From Lachnospiraceae bacterium (lineage in GTDB: Bacteria > Bacillota > Clostridia > Lachnospirales > Lachnospiraceae): 64,000 nucleotides of DNA. A model generated the notes under the pieces. It did no database searches and had not been told where the DNA came from. It worked only from the letters and a program-made list of their open reading frames with translations. The stretch is taken from NCBI GenBank assembly GCA_045616785.1, contig JAZLHJ010000055.1, forward strand, positions 9,715 to 73,714, given 5' to 3'. Below are positions 9,933-19,601 of the stretch, piece by piece (the stretch's first letter is position 1; each line of letters opens with the position of its first letter). The position numbers and the translations under genes are program-made.

Positions 9933-10823
9933 ATGAAAAACAGTAAAGTGCTACTTATATACAATCCTCATTCCGGAAAGGGTAAGATAAGTAAGAATCT
10001 TCCCGATATTATTTCTGTTTTCTCGGGGCGGGGGATGGATGTTACGGCTTATCCCACAAAGCGGCGCGGCGATGCAACCCTTGTAACGAAAGAAAGAAGC
10101 AAAGATTTTGATTATTTTGTATGCGCAGGGGGAGACGGTACACTTGATGAAGTTGTTACCGGAATGATGCGGGCAGATAAGAAAGTTCCCATAGGTTATA
10201 TTCCCGCAGGTTCAACAAATGATTTTGCTCATTCAATCGGCATTCCGGATAATATGACAAGTGCGGCAAAGGCGGCATCTACAGGTAATCTCTATTCCTG
10301 TGACATAGGTTCCTTTAACAGCGGAAACTTTGTATATATCGCGGCTTTTGGTATTTTCACCGCAGTTTCCTACGACACGCCGCAGAAAATTAAAAATGTT
10401 ATCGGTTATCCCGCATACATTTTGGGTGCGATAAAGAGCCTTAGGAAAATTGAATCGCATAAGGCAAAGATTACTGTTGACGGTGAAGTTGTTAAGGGCG
10501 ATTTCCTTTACGGAATGGTAAGCAATTCAAAATCTGCAGGCGGCCTTAAGAATATTACCGGAAACAGCGTTGATCTGGGAGACGGCAGGTTTGAAGTGAC
10601 CCTGATAAGAAAGCCTGCAAATGTGTTCATTCTTGCAAAAATTATCAGATCGCTTCTTACCGGAAAGATTTGTACCAAATATGTATATACAAAGAAAGCT
10701 TCACATGTGACTGTGCAGAGTAAGGAGAGTATTCCCTGGACACTTGACGGTGAATACGGCGGAACTTATACATATTCCGAGATAAGTAATGTGCACGCCG
10801 CACTTGATTTCCTTGTAAAATAA
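9933..10823 (+). CDS. Diacylglycerol/lipid kinase family protein (YegS/DgkB-like)
   Basis: 296 aa. N-terminal LIYNPHSGKG and the catalytic-domain signature AGGDGTLDEVV of the DAGK_cat family. Confidence 0.88.
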   Translation: MKNSKVLLIYNPHSGKGKISKNLPDIISVFSGRGMDVTAYPTKRRGDATLVTKERSKDFDYFVCAGGDGTLDEVVTGMMRADKKVPIGYIPAGSTNDFAHSIGIPDNMTSAAKAASTGNLYSCDIGSFNSGNFVYIAAFGIFTAVSYDTPQKIKNVIGYPAYILGAIKSLRKIESHKAKITVDGEVVKGDFLYGMVSNSKSAGGLKNITGNSVDLGDGRFEVTLIRKPANVFILAKIIRSLLTGKICTKYVYTKKASHVTVQSKESIPWTLDGEYGGTYTYSEISNVHAALDFLVK

Positions 10824-10847
10824 AAAAAGCCCCATAAAAGGGAGGAT

Positions 10848-10872
10848 GCCGGGTAAACTTTGTTTACCCGGC
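10848..10872. terminator. Hairpin between convergent genes (possible bidirectional terminator)
   Basis: Perfect 10-bp stem GCCGGGTAAA / TTTACCCGGC with a 5-nt loop. It lies between the lipid kinase (+) and the cyclophilin (-). The flanking U-tracts are weak. Confidence 0.55.
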
Positions 10873-11022
10873 ATATATTATGAAAAAGTTTAATAAACAA
10901 TGAAGAATGCGTATTTGGAAGTACATTTGTAACTCTATAATCAGATTATAGAAATACAATGTTTCCAAATAATGTTATGTAAATTAATATTTTTTAAATG
11001 AAATGTGAACAAATTGTGAACG

Positions 11023-11550
11023 TTATCTTGAAAGCTTGTTTGGTTCGGGATATACTTCGCCAAATGTATCGACAGTAACCTTTTTCATAATTTTGTCTTC
11101 CATGGGTCTGTCTGAATAATCCGTTGCACATTCTGCAATTTCATTCACTACATCCATTCCTTCAATAACTTTTCCAAAAGCAGCATAAGAGCCGTCAAGA
11201 TGAGGCGAAGTCTTATGCATAATGAAGAACTGACTTCCTGCCGAGTTTGGCATCATCGATCTTGCCATAGACAGGACTCCTTCTGTATGCTTTAAATCAT
11301 TTTCAAATCCGTTATCGGAAAATTCTCCCTTTATGCTGTAACCGGGACCGCCCATTCCCGTTCCTTCCGGATCCCCTCCCTGGATCATGAAGCCGCGGAT
11401 AACTCTGTGAAAAATAAGTCCGTCATAAAAGCCCTTTGAAACGAGGCTGACAAAATTGTTAACAGATTCGGGTGCGATTTCAGGATAAAGCTCTGCTTTG
11501 ATAATTCCGCCGTCTTCCATTTCAAATGTTACGATAGGATTCTGTGCCAT
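11023..11550 (-). CDS. ppiB: Peptidyl-prolyl cis-trans isomerase, cyclophilin type
   Basis: 175 aa. Cyclophilin signature FHRVIRGFMIQGGDP and SMARS..PNSAGSQFFI. Confidence 0.93.
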   Translation of the reverse strand: MAQNPIVTFEMEDGGIIKAELYPEIAPESVNNFVSLVSKGFYDGLIFHRVIRGFMIQGGDPEGTGMGGPGYSIKGEFSDNGFENDLKHTEGVLSMARSMMPNSAGSQFFIMHKTSPHLDGSYAAFGKVIEGMDVVNEIAECATDYSDRPMEDKIMKKVTVDTFGEVYPEPNKLSR

Positions 11551-11605
11551 TTCTTGTCTCCTTTATATGTAAAGATTTGAATAAAGTTTATCATAGGTTT
11601 ATTTT

Positions 11606-12313
11606 GTGTTCAATATTACGTATAATCAGAATATGTGTGTGATTCTTACGGATAATCCGGCTGTTGCCGTACAGGAAAATGAAAACGGACGCGCCGTAAT
11701 CGGCGTTTACGGGAGAACTGCGCCAATTGACAGGTTCACCGGCATTATGTATCTTACAGATACCTTTCTTGTGGGAAAGAACCTTCTTGCGCTGTCCTAT
11801 GCAAGAAAAAAGAATGAGCCGATGGTGGTTGCAAAGTCAGATAGACTTCTTGTCCGCGAGACGTGCCTTTCGGATATTCCTGCGTTCTATGAGATTTATG
11901 AAGATGAGGAAATCTGTAAGTACATGGAAGGACTTCATAGAGACCCTGATGAGGAGGAAGCGTACCTGAAGAAATATATAGAGGAGGTTTATCCTTTCTA
12001 TAACTACGGTATGTGGACTTTGATATACAAAGAGACGGGAGAAATTATAGGAAGAGCCGGCCTTGAACCCAAAGGAGACAAGGCAGAACTCGGATATCTG
12101 ATTTCGAAAAAGTTCCGTGGGATGGGACTTGGAACAGAGGCTGTAAATCTTGTACTTGAATATGCGGAAGAAATGCAGCCCTCCGAGGAGATTTGTGCAA
12201 GAGTAAGAAGTGACAATGAGGTTTCCGTTCATATTCTGGAAGCGTTCTTTTTTGAAAAAGAAAAAGAAGAAAACGGGCTGATATACTACAAACTTCCTAA
12301 AAATAGAAATTGA
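11606..12313 (+). CDS. GNAT-family N-acetyltransferase (RimJ/RimL-like); start uncertain
   Basis: The C-terminal ~160 aa form a GNAT fold (IGRAGLEP..LGYLISKKFRGMGLGTEAV). The track start at 11606 is a GTG. A perfect TATAAT at 11621-11626 lies inside the N-terminal extension, so the true start may be ATG 11633 (near-leaderless) or ATG 11822 (163 aa). Confidence 0.65.
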   Translation: MFNITYNQNMCVILTDNPAVAVQENENGRAVIGVYGRTAPIDRFTGIMYLTDTFLVGKNLLALSYARKKNEPMVVAKSDRLLVRETCLSDIPAFYEIYEDEEICKYMEGLHRDPDEEEAYLKKYIEEVYPFYNYGMWTLIYKETGEIIGRAGLEPKGDKAELGYLISKKFRGMGLGTEAVNLVLEYAEEMQPSEEICARVRSDNEVSVHILEAFFFEKEKEENGLIYYKLPKNRN

Positions 12314-12338
12314 TTAGAAAATATCAAGGTGATAGAAT
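12310..12338 (+). promoter_or_regulatory. Sigma-A-type promoter candidate for the 12.4-21.7 kb gene block
   Basis: -35 TTGATT (12310-12315), 17-nt spacer, extended -10 TGaTAGAAT (12330-12338). Located 37 nt upstream of ATG 12375, which is preceded by the RBS-like AAAGGGGA. Confidence 0.5.
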
Positions 12339-12374
12339 ATCTAAATGTAAAATAATTACAAAAAGGGGAAAATT

Positions 12375-13802
12375 ATGAGAAAGAAAATTGCGTCGCTTGT
12401 GGGCTTCGTGCTTGCGGTTGCTCTTGCGTTTTGCGTTCTTCCCGGGATGACGGTAAGAGCCGACAAGACAAGTAACCAGAATGTTCTTGCTGCAAGAAAC
12501 GGTGTTGTAAGAGTAATTTATTACTCGAATACCGGAATGTTTATCGGTTCTGCCTACGGTGTAGGAACTCCGGGTGAGATGACCGATACATTTGTTACCT
12601 GTTATCACGTTGTAAATCCGTATTTCAGTAACAGTGAGAAGTATGACTGCCTGTATGTATCTACCGAGGATTCGATTCAGGATCATCTCTATAAGGTAAG
12701 CGTAATATATACAGATGCCAAGCATGATATTGCAATAATCAGAACTGATGAGAAAGTTGAAGGCAGATATGCTCTTAAGCTTGTTCCCAGTGAGTATGTA
12801 GAGCCGACAATGGGTGCGTATGTTCTTGGTTATCCCGGTATTTCCGATAATGTTACGGATGTAACTTACTATAACGGAGATTTGTCTTCTCTTCTTGAAG
12901 ACCAGACAATTACAACCGGAACAATCACAAGAACAAATGTTGTATCCGATGACGTCAGATTCTATCAGGTTGATGCCGATATCAACCATGGTAATTCCGG
13001 CGGCCCATGTGTTACGCTTGACGGATACGTAATCGGAACAAATGATGCGATTATGGCAGACTCCGAAGGCGGTAACTATCTCGGACTTGTTACCTGCGGA
13101 GATTATATTATCGATGCATTGTTTACCCTCGGAATTAAGTATGAAACAGTAACCGCTGAGGATATGGAGGGTGCTGTCGATACGACTGCAATCGCTACCA
13201 ATCCCACAGGAAACGATGTTGTGGAAATCAATCCCGATCAGGTTAAGTACGACCAGCAGCTTGAGGAGATGGAGAAGAGCAATGACAGAATGAATACTCT
13301 TCTTGTGGTTCTCATTATTGTTGTATGTGTAATCGTTGTAGCACTCATAGTTTTCATTATTGTTTTTTCAGGCAAGAACAGAAAGCTTCAGAACCAGATT
13401 GCAAGGGAAAGAGAGCAGTATATGTCAACGGGACGTACAGAGTATCGTCCGCCCGTGCCGCAGGGAAATACTTCTGCTTTTGCTCCGCCCAAGATGCCGA
13501 GAATTACAGGTCTGTCAGGTATGTATGCGAATAAGACTTTTGAAATCTCGGGTAACATGATAATGGGAAGAAGCCAGGCAAGATGCCATCTTGTATATCC
13601 TCAGAATACGCCCGGAATCAGCAATGTTCATCTTGAACTTCAGAATACCGGCGGTAAGCTTTATCTCATGGATAAAGGATCTTCCTACGGTACAGTAGTA
13701 AGAGGAACCATCAAACTTGAGGCCGGAAAACCGTATGCACTTTCTGACGGTGAAGTATTCTATCTTGCATCACCGGAGAATTCCTTCAGGGTTAATTACT
13801 GA
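12375..13802 (+). CDS. Secreted trypsin-like (S1) serine protease fused via a TM helix to a cytoplasmic FHA domain
   Basis: 475 aa. Signal peptide MRKKIASLVGFVLAVALAFCVLPGMTVRA. Catalytic triad contexts TCYHVV (His), KHDIAIIR (Asp) and GNSGGPCV (Ser). TM helix LLVVLIIVVCVIVVALIVFIIVF. C-terminal FHA signature GRSQARCHLVY..ISNVHLEL..GKLYLMDKGSSYGTVVRG. Confidence 0.85.
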   Translation: MRKKIASLVGFVLAVALAFCVLPGMTVRADKTSNQNVLAARNGVVRVIYYSNTGMFIGSAYGVGTPGEMTDTFVTCYHVVNPYFSNSEKYDCLYVSTEDSIQDHLYKVSVIYTDAKHDIAIIRTDEKVEGRYALKLVPSEYVEPTMGAYVLGYPGISDNVTDVTYYNGDLSSLLEDQTITTGTITRTNVVSDDVRFYQVDADINHGNSGGPCVTLDGYVIGTNDAIMADSEGGNYLGLVTCGDYIIDALFTLGIKYETVTAEDMEGAVDTTAIATNPTGNDVVEINPDQVKYDQQLEEMEKSNDRMNTLLVVLIIVVCVIVVALIVFIIVFSGKNRKLQNQIAREREQYMSTGRTEYRPPVPQGNTSAFAPPKMPRITGLSGMYANKTFEISGNMIMGRSQARCHLVYPQNTPGISNVHLELQNTGGKLYLMDKGSSYGTVVRGTIKLEAGKPYALSDGEVFYLASPENSFRVNY

Positions 13803-13804
13803 TA

Positions 13805-15547
13805 ATGAAACACGTTCTTTTATATCTTAAGAAATACAGAAAAGAGACAATACTGGCACCTTTATTTAAGATGCTTGAAGCTTCACTTGAATTATTTGTC
13901 CCCCTTGTAATGGCCGATATCATTGATATCGGCATTGCAGGTGGGGACAATTCTGTTGTAATACAGAAAAGCCTTGTTCTTATCGGACTTGCTTTTCTTG
14001 GACTCACAGCATCGATTACGGCACAGTATTTTGCGGCAAAGGCAGCAGTCGGATGCGCTGCCTCTCTGCGGGCCGGACTGTTTGAACATATTCAGTCTTT
14101 CTCGTGCAGTACGCTTGATAAAATAGGCACATCGACTCTTATCACAAGACTTTCGGCCGACACAGCCCAGGTACAAAACGGCGTAAATATGGTTCTCAGA
14201 CTGTTTCTGAGGTCGCCTTTTATTGTGCTCGGAGCCATGATAATGGCATTTACGGTAGACCAAAAGGGAGCTGTCATTTTTGTCGTTCTTATTCCTGCGC
14301 TCAGTATTGTTGTGTTCGGAATAATGGGAATTACAATTCCTCTTTACAGAAAAGTATCCGGGAAACTCGACAGCGTTCTTTTGTCGACCAGAGAGAATCT
14401 GTCCGGAGTCCGCGTTATCAGAGCATTCGGAAAAGAGAACGCCGAAACGGATTCATTTGACAAAAAGAATGAAATACTGACACGTGCGTCAGAAAAAGTT
14501 GGAAGAATTTCCGCTTTGCTTAATCCGCTGACGCTTGTAATTGTTAATATTGCGACAGCTGTTTTAATATATGTCGGTGCGATTCGCGTTGACTCCGGAA
14601 ACCTTTCGCAGGGACAGGTTGTGGCACTTGTCAATTACATGTCACAGATTCTTGTTGAGCTTGTTAAGCTTGCCAATCTGATTGTGACAATTACAAAATC
14701 GCTTGCGAGTGCGCGCAGAATAGAGGAAGTTTTCGGATATGAAAGTAAGGAAGACGGAGAGGTTACCGAACTAAACAAGGACGGGAATACCCCGTTTCTT
14801 TCCTTTGAAAACGTTAGCCTTAAATACAGTGAGGGGGCTGATGAAGCGCTTTCGGGTATCAGCTTTGAAGCACGTATGGGAGAAACAATCGGAATAATAG
14901 GAGGTACGGGAAGCGGAAAAAGTTCTGTTGTTAATCTGATTGCGGGTCTCTACAATGCTACAGACGGAACAGTAATGTTAGGCGGGAGAAATGCAGAAAG
15001 CGTATCCCCGGGAGTTCTTCTTCAAAACGTTTCGCTGGTTCCGCAGAAGGCTGTTCTTTTTAAAGGCACAATCCGCGAAAATCTTCTTATGGGAGCAGGA
15101 GAAAACGTAACAGAAGAAGATATTATGCAGGCACTTAAGGTATCACAGTCCTATGATTTTGTTATGGAGAAGGGGCTTGATTTTGTAGTTGAAGGTGAAG
15201 GAAAGAATCTCTCCGGCGGACAAAAGCAGAGACTTTGCATAGCGAGGGCACTCCTTCGAAAAGGCCGTGTTCTTATTCTTGATGACAGCTCTTCTGCACT
15301 TGATTATGCGACAGATGCTGCGCTCAGAAAAGCTGTTGCAGCCATGCCGGGAGACAGGATAATCGTGACTGTGTCACAGAGAACCTCTTCCGTAATGCAT
15401 GCAGACAGAATTCTTGTTCTTGATGATGGCAGACTTGCCGGTATCGGGACACATGAAAAGCTTCTTAAAAGCTGTGAAGTATACAGGGAAATCCATGAGT
15501 CACAGTTTGGAAAGGAGGAAAAACATGAAAAGCAGTCTTGTATTTAA
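13805..15547 (+). CDS. ABC exporter, fused TMD-NBD half-transporter with degenerate NBD
   Basis: 580 aa. Six-helix type-I exporter TMD, Walker A GGTGSGKSS, canonical signature LSGGQKQRL. Walker B is LILDDS (Asp instead of the catalytic Glu) and the H-loop is VSQRTS (Gln instead of His). Starts 2 nt after the protease-FHA stop. Confidence 0.9.
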   Translation: MKHVLLYLKKYRKETILAPLFKMLEASLELFVPLVMADIIDIGIAGGDNSVVIQKSLVLIGLAFLGLTASITAQYFAAKAAVGCAASLRAGLFEHIQSFSCSTLDKIGTSTLITRLSADTAQVQNGVNMVLRLFLRSPFIVLGAMIMAFTVDQKGAVIFVVLIPALSIVVFGIMGITIPLYRKVSGKLDSVLLSTRENLSGVRVIRAFGKENAETDSFDKKNEILTRASEKVGRISALLNPLTLVIVNIATAVLIYVGAIRVDSGNLSQGQVVALVNYMSQILVELVKLANLIVTITKSLASARRIEEVFGYESKEDGEVTELNKDGNTPFLSFENVSLKYSEGADEALSGISFEARMGETIGIIGGTGSGKSSVVNLIAGLYNATDGTVMLGGRNAESVSPGVLLQNVSLVPQKAVLFKGTIRENLLMGAGENVTEEDIMQALKVSQSYDFVMEKGLDFVVEGEGKNLSGGQKQRLCIARALLRKGRVLILDDSSSALDYATDAALRKAVAAMPGDRIIVTVSQRTSSVMHADRILVLDDGRLAGIGTHEKLLKSCEVYREIHESQFGKEEKHEKQSCI

Positions 15548-17261
15548 GAGAGTTCTTAAATATGTCAGGAAGCATGGTTTTTTCATTGCTCTTTCGATAC
15601 TTGCCTCTGCAATCTGTGTGGCACTTACTCTTTATGTTCCGATTCTTATCGGAAGAAGCGTTGACCTTATCATATCTGCCGGCAATGTTGATTTTGAGGG
15701 ACTAAAAAGTATTCTCGGACTTATTGTGGCAGCGGTTTTGATAAATGCCTTATCGCAGTGGATAATGAATGTTCTGTGTAACCGAATTACCTATGTTACC
15801 GTAAGGAATATCAGAAAAGATCTCTTTGCCAAAATTCAGATACTTCCGATTTCGTATATCGATTCACACTCGCACGGCGATCTCGTGAGCAGAATGATAT
15901 CGGATGTTGATACTTTTTCGGAAGGTCTTCTGATGGGATTTTCACAGCTTTTTACAGGTGTTCTTACGATAATCGGTACTCTTGTGTTTATGCTTTCCAT
16001 TAACTGGAAGATTGCAATCATTGTTGTAATTCTGACACCACTGTCACTTTTTGTTGCGGCTTTTGTGTCGAAGAAAACATACGGGATGTTCCGCCTTATG
16101 TCAAAAGAACGAGGAGAACAGACTGATTTTATAAATGAGACAATAGGTAACGAGAAGACAATAAAGGCTCTTCACTATGAGGAAAAAGCAAACGAAAAAT
16201 TCGCCCTGATAAACGAGAGGCTTAAGAAAAGTTCTCTTTCGGCAATATTCTTCTCCTCTGTCACGAATCCGTCGACGCGTTTCGTTAATTCCGTTATTTA
16301 CGCGGTTGTAGCTCTCTTTGGAGGAATGGCTGTAATATCCGGAATGTTTACAGTCGGTTATCTGACCTCTTTTCTCAGCTATGCAAACCAGTATACCAAG
16401 CCCTTTAATGAAATTTCCGGTGTTATTACGGAGCTTCAAAATGCGCTTGCCTGCGCGGGACGCGTATTTGAAATGCTTGATGAAAGTGACGTTGTTGACA
16501 TCAGCGGTGACGAACTTGAAGAAACAGACGGAACAGTGGACATTAAGAATGTATTTTTTTCCTATACGGAGGACAAACCGCTTATTGAGAATCTGAACCT
16601 TTCTGCAGGGAAAGGCGACAGGATTGCGATTGTCGGACCGACAGGCTGCGGAAAGACGACAATAATCAATCTTATTATGAGATTCTATGATGTAAAAAGC
16701 GGTGAGATTATTTTCTCGGGCAGAAATATTAAGGAGCTTAATCAGAGGAGCTATAGGAAGAATATCGGAATGGTTCTTCAGGATACCTGGCTTAAGGAAG
16801 GCACAATTCTGGATAATATCACGTTCGGAAAAGAGAATGCATCAAGGGAGGAAGCAGTAAAAGCGGCAAAAGCTGCCATGGCACATAGTTTTATAAGGCG
16901 TCTTCCCGATGGGTATGATACGTATATTACCGAAAACGGCGGAAATCTTTCGCAGGGGCAAAAGCAGCTTTTATGTATTGCACGTGTAATGCTGGCGCTT
17001 CCGGAGGTTCTTATTCTTGATGAAGCGACTTCATCAATAGATACGAGAACCGAAATGAAAATCCAGAAAGCGTTTAATACAATGATGGAAGGACGGACAA
17101 GTTTTATCGTTGCGCACCGCCTTTCAACGATAAAAGAAGCGGATCTTATCCTTGTCATGAAAGACGGTCATATTATGGAAGTAGGCAGTCACGATGAGCT
17201 TCTTTCGAAAAAGGGATTCTATCACACTTTGTATTTCAGTCAGTTTGAGGGTAATGAGTAA
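15525..17261 (+). CDS. ABC exporter, fused TMD-NBD half-transporter with consensus NBD
   Basis: The track ORF starts at 15399, but AAAGGAGG (15511-15518) precedes the in-frame ATG at 15525 (MKSSLVFKRVLKY). Walker A GPTGCGKTT, Walker B LILDEATS and H-loop VAHRLS are canonical. The signature is degenerate, LSQGQKQL. Overlaps the upstream gene by 23 nt. Confidence 0.9.
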   Translation: MKSSLVFKRVLKYVRKHGFFIALSILASAICVALTLYVPILIGRSVDLIISAGNVDFEGLKSILGLIVAAVLINALSQWIMNVLCNRITYVTVRNIRKDLFAKIQILPISYIDSHSHGDLVSRMISDVDTFSEGLLMGFSQLFTGVLTIIGTLVFMLSINWKIAIIVVILTPLSLFVAAFVSKKTYGMFRLMSKERGEQTDFINETIGNEKTIKALHYEEKANEKFALINERLKKSSLSAIFFSSVTNPSTRFVNSVIYAVVALFGGMAVISGMFTVGYLTSFLSYANQYTKPFNEISGVITELQNALACAGRVFEMLDESDVVDISGDELEETDGTVDIKNVFFSYTEDKPLIENLNLSAGKGDRIAIVGPTGCGKTTIINLIMRFYDVKSGEIIFSGRNIKELNQRSYRKNIGMVLQDTWLKEGTILDNITFGKENASREEAVKAAKAAMAHSFIRRLPDGYDTYITENGGNLSQGQKQLLCIARVMLALPEVLILDEATSSIDTRTEMKIQKAFNTMMEGRTSFIVAHRLSTIKEADLILVMKDGHIMEVGSHDELLSKKGFYHTLYFSQFEGNE

Positions 17262-17345
17262 ATTTTTTTTATGGAATTTTTATCGCATTTGTGAGAAAAT
17301 AACTCTATATATTCAGTGACAGAAGGAAAGGGGGCGCGTATAACT

Positions 17346-19583
17346 ATGGTTGTTCAGGCTTTAGACATCTTTGTTCTTGTTCTTGCCGTAGTGGTTCTGT
17401 ATATCGGCTGCTCCGTTCTCTGGTCAAAAAGCAGGAAGACAAGTGAGGTTTATCTTCTTGCAGGTCTTTGCTTTTCTTCTGCACTCTGGTCTGTCGGAGA
17501 AGGTGCAATACCTTTCATATCCGACATGTCGATTGCCAAGTATTTCCGTCTCTTAACGCCTATCGGAGTTGTATCGTATCTTGCGCTTGCTCTTGTTATC
17601 CTCTTAAGTTTCAGTAATGTTAAACGGACGATAAGAATCTGTATGGAGATATTCTCCATGTTCGGTTTTATCGTTGCTCTATTAATGATTCTCGGAAATG
17701 ATATTACCGAGGAAGTTGTTAAATTGGGATTTCTCGTGGGAAACGAGAAGAATTCTGTCTGGCCGTCGATATATACAATTTATATTTATGTGATGGTTGC
17801 CTTCATTTTTGTCATGATTATCTTCATGATAAATTCCAAAAAGAACAGTATTCACTCCTTCGGAAGAAAACTTGTTCCGGCGCTGTTTCTCATAGTAATC
17901 GGACCGACACTTAATATGATTCTTCCTGAAAACGCGACTGTAAGAATTCCTTCTGCGGTAGTGGCACAGGCTGTCAGTGCAATGATTTTATACAGAACGG
18001 TGATGTATATCTGGAAAACGAAGTTTAATCCTTCGAATATGGCAGAATATATTTACAGTTCCATGACAATACCGATTCTTGTTTTTGATGAGCTCCAGAA
18101 GCTCCACATTGTTAATAAGGCTGCGATTGATTTCTTTGAACTTGATGAGAAAAAAGTAAATGACGAAGAGTACACGATAGACGAGCTCATATCTGTTAAA
18201 GATCATGTTGATTTGTTCTTTTTTGAGGGTAACGGATATACCTTCATGACAGAAAGGGCATCTGACGGAAAGGTACCGATTAATGTTACAGTCAATAAAA
18301 TCATAGATTCCTATGAGGATCTTATCGGTTATATTGTGTCCGTTAAGGATCTTTCAAAAGAGTATGAAATGATGGGGCAGCTTAAACTGTCCAAAGAGGC
18401 GGCTGAAGTTGCAAACCGCTCGAAGAGTGCGTTTCTTGCCAATATGTCGCATGAGATTCGTACTCCGATGAATGCCATAATCGGTTTCTCTGAGCTGATT
18501 CTTAAAATGGACCCGCCGCCGGGAATTCTTGATTATGCGCGTGATATCAAGACGTCTTCGCAGAGTCTTCTTGCGATTATCAATGATATTCTTGATATTT
18601 CAAAGCTTGAATCCGGTAAGATGGAGCTTGTCTGCGGTAACTATTATCCATCCAGGCTCTATCAGGATGTCTATATGATAATTAAGACCCAGACCATGAA
18701 AAAGGATCTGAGGCTTGAGATTAATCTTGATCCGGAAATGCCTAACCAGCTCTACGGTGATAAGGTTCGAATAAGAGGAATTCTCATTAACCTTCTTAAC
18801 AATGCCGTTAAGTATACGATGGTCGGTACAATATCGCTTGATGTGAAGGTTTTGAAGAAGGAAAACGGAATTGCGTCTCTGGAATTTCGCGTAAAGGATA
18901 CAGGCTCCGGAGTAAAACCCGAAGAAATAGGCAAGCTGTTTGAAGCTTTTGCCCAGGTTGATCAGAAGGTTCATGAGGGCGTTGAAGGAACAGGTCTCGG
19001 ACTCCCGATTGTCAAGGGATATATCGATCTTATGGGCGGAACAATAAATGTTGAGAGTACCTACGGTGTCGGAACAACATTTATCGTTAATATTGACCAG
19101 AAAATTATTGATGATAAACCTATGGATTCCGCGTTTGAAGAGAAGAAGCTCGAAACGGAATACAGCATAGGAACATTAAAGATTGATAATACAAAGGTCC
19201 TTATTGTTGATGACAGCAGACTGAACCTTAAGGTTGCCGCCAATATTATGCTTCAGTACGGTCTTGAAGTGGATACGGCGCCAAGCGGGGCAGAAGCCAT
19301 TGAAAAGTGTAAGAAGTGCCAGTACAACATTGTCTTTATGGATCAGATGATGCCCGAAATGGATGGTATCGAAGCCATGAACAGAATCAGGGATATTAAT
19401 CCCGACTATGCAAAGGGCGGAAAGTCCAAGATGGTAATTCTTACAGCAAATGCAATAAACGGAATGCGTGCCGAGCTTCTTGAAAAAGGATTTGATGAAT
19501 TCCTCGGTAAGCCGATGAATTATAAACAGCTTGAAAGAATTCTCGTTCAGTTCTCACCTGAAGAGAATATCAGATATGAATAG
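17346..19583 (+). CDS. Hybrid sensor histidine kinase / response regulator (multi-TM sensor, PAS-like, HisKA, HATPase, REC)
   Basis: The track ORF starts at GTG 17316. ATG 17346 follows the purine-rich GGAAAGGGGG, so the start is ambiguous between the two. About 6-7 TM helices with very short loops. H-box [17 protein letters not shown]-box [10 protein letters not shown]-boxes KDTGSGV and [10 protein letters not shown]-terminal receiver [21 protein letters not shown]. No HPt domain seen. Confidence 0.9.
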   Translation: MVVQALDIFVLVLAVVVLYIGCSVLWSKSRKTSEVYLLAGLCFSSALWSVGEGAIPFISDMSIAKYFRLLTPIGVVSYLALALVILLSFSNVKRTIRICMEIFSMFGFIVALLMILGNDITEEVVKLGFLVGNEKNSVWPSIYTIYIYVMVAFIFVMIIFMINSKKNSIHSFGRKLVPALFLIVIGPTLNMILPENATVRIPSAVVAQAVSAMILYRTVMYIWKTKFNPSNMAEYIYSSMTIPILVFDELQKLHIVNKAAIDFFELDEKKVNDEEYTIDELISVKDHVDLFFFEGNGYTFMTERASDGKVPINVTVNKIIDSYEDLIGYIVSVKDLSKEYEMMGQLKLSKEAAEVANRSKSAFLANMSHEIRTPMNAIIGFSELILKMDPPPGILDYARDIKTSSQSLLAIINDILDISKLESGKMELVCGNYYPSRLYQDVYMIIKTQTMKKDLRLEINLDPEMPNQLYGDKVRIRGILINLLNNAVKYTMVGTISLDVKVLKKENGIASLEFRVKDTGSGVKPEEIGKLFEAFAQVDQKVHEGVEGTGLGLPIVKGYIDLMGGTINVESTYGVGTTFIVNIDQKIIDDKPMDSAFEEKKLETEYSIGTLKIDNTKVLIVDDSRLNLKVAANIMLQYGLEVDTAPSGAEAIEKCKKCQYNIVFMDQMMPEMDGIEAMNRIRDINPDYAKGGKSKMVILTANAINGMRAELLEKGFDEFLGKPMNYKQLERILVQFSPEENIRYE

Positions 19584-19601
19584 CATTAGGAGTATTAACA
19601 A

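Noticed and set aside
12324-12989. 221-aa minus-strand ORF antisense to the protease-FHA gene
   Set aside because: The sense strand encodes a clear signal peptide plus S1 protease triad. The antisense translation has no features.
15399-15524. Upstream extensions of track ORFs (15399 for the second ABC gene; likewise 5016 hprK, 22319 GH36, 24809 epimerase, 27189 esterase, 46102 DUF624, 48955 esterase, 62501 HPr-like)
   Set aside because: In each case an internal in-frame ATG with a proper Shine-Dalgarno sequence gives the expected family N-terminus or signal peptide. The extension overlaps the upstream gene or a terminator.
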